Assembly (NCBI RefSeq): GCF_009914755.1
Contig: NC_060941.1
Length of the DNA stretch: 64,000 nt
Strand: one strand, 5' to 3'
Source of the DNA: the human T2T-CHM13v2.0 reference genome, Homo sapiens
The translations under genes and the position numbers were made by a program. Positions 61,166-64,000 of this stretch are shown here, piece after piece (the first letter of the stretch is position 1; the number at the start of each line of letters is the position of its first letter). A model generated the notes under the pieces. It ran no database searches. It saw only the letters and a program-made list of their open reading frames with translations, and had not been told where the DNA came from.

Positions 61166-61885
61166 GTACAGTCTTTGCAATTCTGTGTCCTAAATATTTC
61201 ACAAGCCTACCCTTTTCTTCATAGTCTCAATGTTAGTGCATTTATTTAGGCTTTCCTTTCCTCTGAGCTTATGGCAGTGATCTCTTTACTTTTAGGCCAT
61301 GGTCCACACCATTGACTTAAATATATAGTTGCCAAGGTTATCTTTTGAAAACACCTGTCAGATCATGCCACTCCTTTGCATAATGCCCATCATTTTCTTC
61401 CCTACATTTATAGCATAAAGTTCAAATTGATCATCATGAATAATATTTATGCCTTTTGTGATTATGCTTTTTATGATTATGCCTCAGCCTACTTTTCTAG
61501 TTTCATATCCTGCTTCTTACCCATACTTTCTGTGTTCTAGTTACATTGAACTCTTTAGATTTCTCTAAGTGACCTTTTCTTTCATTTGTGTCTTTGCAAA
61601 TAAAATCTGGTACTGTTCCTGAAAACCCTAGCTCATACTTGAGAAGCTGTGGCTTCCCTGAGGTGTAGGTTAATATGAAGAAGGCAGAGGCTGTTCTAGC
61701 TTTTAGAGTCTTAGGAAAATGATTTATTTAGTTAATTTGTTTATTTATCTCTGGTATTATCTGTTGAAACTGTATGTTGAGGGGGATACATGTGGATCTC
61801 ACTTTTGGCTGCATATAGACTGATCCAGGAATCCATGGATCAGTCAAATATTCATAAATTAAACTTTATTATAGCTATGTATGTA

Positions 61886-62262
61886 TAAATGGTTCCTGAC
61901 TTAGGATGGTTGAATTTAAATGATCTTCCAACTATGATTGTGTGAAAGTGATGCATGTATAGTAGAAACTGTACTTTGAGTACCCATACAACCATATTCT
62001 TTCACTCTCAGTACAGTCTTTAGTGAATTACATGAAATAGTCAACACTTTATTAGAAGATAGTGTTATAGTTTTAAAAAATTTGTGTTAGGTGATTTTGC
62101 CCAACTGTAGGCTAATGTCAGTATTATGAGTACATTTAAGGTAGAGTAGGTTAAGCTATATGTTCTGTAGGTTAGTTGTATTATATGTATTTTCAGCTTA
62201 TGATATCTTCTACTTACAATGGGTTTATCAAGACATAACCCTGTCGTAAGGTGAGGAAAAAA
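61886..62262 (-). mobile_element. MER47A (Tigger5-derived) element
   Basis: tgtgttaggtgattttgcccaactgtaggctaatgt, cttacaatgggtttatc...gtcgtaag. Confidence 0.8.
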
Positions 62263-62858
62263 CATAGTGCACATCCTGCAGATAAGGCGGGACTGTTGTA
62301 TGAATAACGTGCTGAAGAAGCACAGAAGAGAGAAGTTCTTTCTGGTAGGCATCCAGAAAGTCTATGTAGGAAGAGGAATGACATCTTTCAGTAAAAGGAA
62401 CTTGTTGTTGATCATGAATATGATAGATGAAGATTCCATTTGTTTAGTATGTGCTTACTTTGTGCCAGATGTCGTCGTATATTTTGTGAATGTTACTACA
62501 TTTGTTTCTCACAACCACATAGAGCATTATGATAACAATTTCACAGATAAGGAAACTAAGATACAGATAATTAATTTTCCTAAAGTCATATAAATTGTAA
62601 TAGTTCAAAGATTGAGTCCAGCTCAACTCTGCTAGACACCCAGCACGTACATATTGGCTATAATTTCATTATACAGTCAAGTGGAGGGAGCTACATTTTA
62701 TGCAGAGGAGAGAGCATAAATTGATAGCGGCCTTATAATATGTTTGCTTTTTGAATGTCATTGAGTAGTTTGGTGCTACCATAGTATAGGGGAGTATATT
62801 ATTTAGGATTTTTATGGTTGCAAGTAACAGAAAATTTGAATCAGAATAGCTTGATATA

Positions 62859-63297
62859 AGGGGTTAGCAAACTTTTTCTGTAAAGTACCAGGTAGTAAGT
62901 GTTAACTTATATCCTATGGTTTATTCCCTCTTGGTTTATAAGATAGCAGCCAGCATATTCAGGGGCTCCATTGATCTTTTCCCATGTTTAGGGAGATACA
63001 TAATCTTTTCCAGAATTTCTTTCTAATCACTTGAACTTAATCCCATCTTTGTTACAACTACTGAACTCTGCCATTGCAACACAAATACAGTAAATAATTT
63101 ATTTGCTGTTATGACTGTGTACTAATAAAACTTTATTTGTGAACACTAAAACTTGAATTTCAAATATTTTTTGAGTCACAAAATATTGTTTTAGTTATTT
63201 GCAGTCATTTAAAAATGTATAAACTATTCTGAGCTCTCCGGCTGTGCAAAAATAGGTGGCAGGCCAGATTTGGCTCGCAAGAGTGTGCTGACCTCTG
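62859..63297 (+). mobile_element. MER58B element carrying a ~150-bp foreign insert
   Basis: ggggttagcaaactttttctgtaaag ... caactactgaactctgccattg ... ggccagatttggctc...gctgacctctg. Confidence 0.85.
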
Positions 63298-63574
63298 GTT
63301 TTTATGATGAAGATAATTTATTAGATTGTATAACTCTAGTCCAGAGATAGGGTAGTTTTCTTCAGTAATTCAGTGTCAACAACATCCTTGTTATGTTCCA
63401 TCTCTTCATATAATCTTTGAAAGTGTTAATTTATATCTCATGGTTTATTCCCTTCTGTGTTTACAAGATGGCAGCCAGCATATCCAGGGACCTACCGTCT
63501 TTGTCCATGTCTAGTGAGAGATAAAACCTTTTCCGGAAGTTCTTTCTAATCTCTATTGAACTTAATCCCATCGG

Positions 63575-64000
63575 GTTTCACCCCTGCCACTCCACAGAGA
63601 GAGACCATGCTAAACCATTTACACTGGCTGAATGCAGTGATCAATTCTCAATCTTCATATTACTTGACCTATCAATATTTAATATTTGATCTTTTCCACT
63701 CCATAAAACCCCTTCTTTGTTTCTATACTCTCCTTGTCTTGTTCCTATTCTCACAGTATTCTCCCCAGGCTTTCAGCCTCTACATGTTCGATTCCACACC
63801 AAGTCTTAGTCCTCTGACCTCTTTTCTCTCTTTTTGTGTCTCATTCTTGTATATACTCTTTCCTTGGGGATCTCATGCAGTTTCATAGTTTAAATGGGAT
63901 TTATTTACTAATGATTTGTGTGCCGATGGCATATCTATATTTCTATGCCTATTTGTCTAATAAGCATTTGAAACTTAGTATTTCCAAAACTGAACTCCGC
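63575..64000 (+). mobile_element. L2 fragment
   Basis: Pyrimidine-rich L2-like sequence (ttctcaatcttcatattacttgacctatca, gcatttgaaacttagtatttccaaaactgaactc). Confidence 0.65.

Overview
This window is human (primate) genomic DNA, AT-rich and repeat-dense, not a prokaryotic region. It lies inside the TANC2 gene on the + strand. The only confident coding feature is the first coding exon at 19809-19898 (ATG at 19832, [22 protein letters not shown], phase-1 donor), with long introns on both sides. The introns hold an antisense processed HMGN2 pseudogene (~14160-15340), more than 20 Alu/FAM/FLAM copies, old L1 and L2 LINEs, LTRs (MER57, MST, MER21, MER41A, MER34-like, MLT1) and DNA transposons (MER2, MER44, MER30, Tigger1, MER58B, MER47). 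Almost all ORFs in the track come from repeats or chance. I see no evidence of a new multi-gene system. The observations most worth checking are candidate unannotated cassette, poison or micro exons in the intron after the coding exon, two local templated insertions next to DNA transposons, a very young AluYc1 arm nested in an old Alu, and a frame-rescued ORF in the HMGN2 pseudogene. Repeat subfamily names come from remembered consensus sequences, and boundaries of old elements are approximate.
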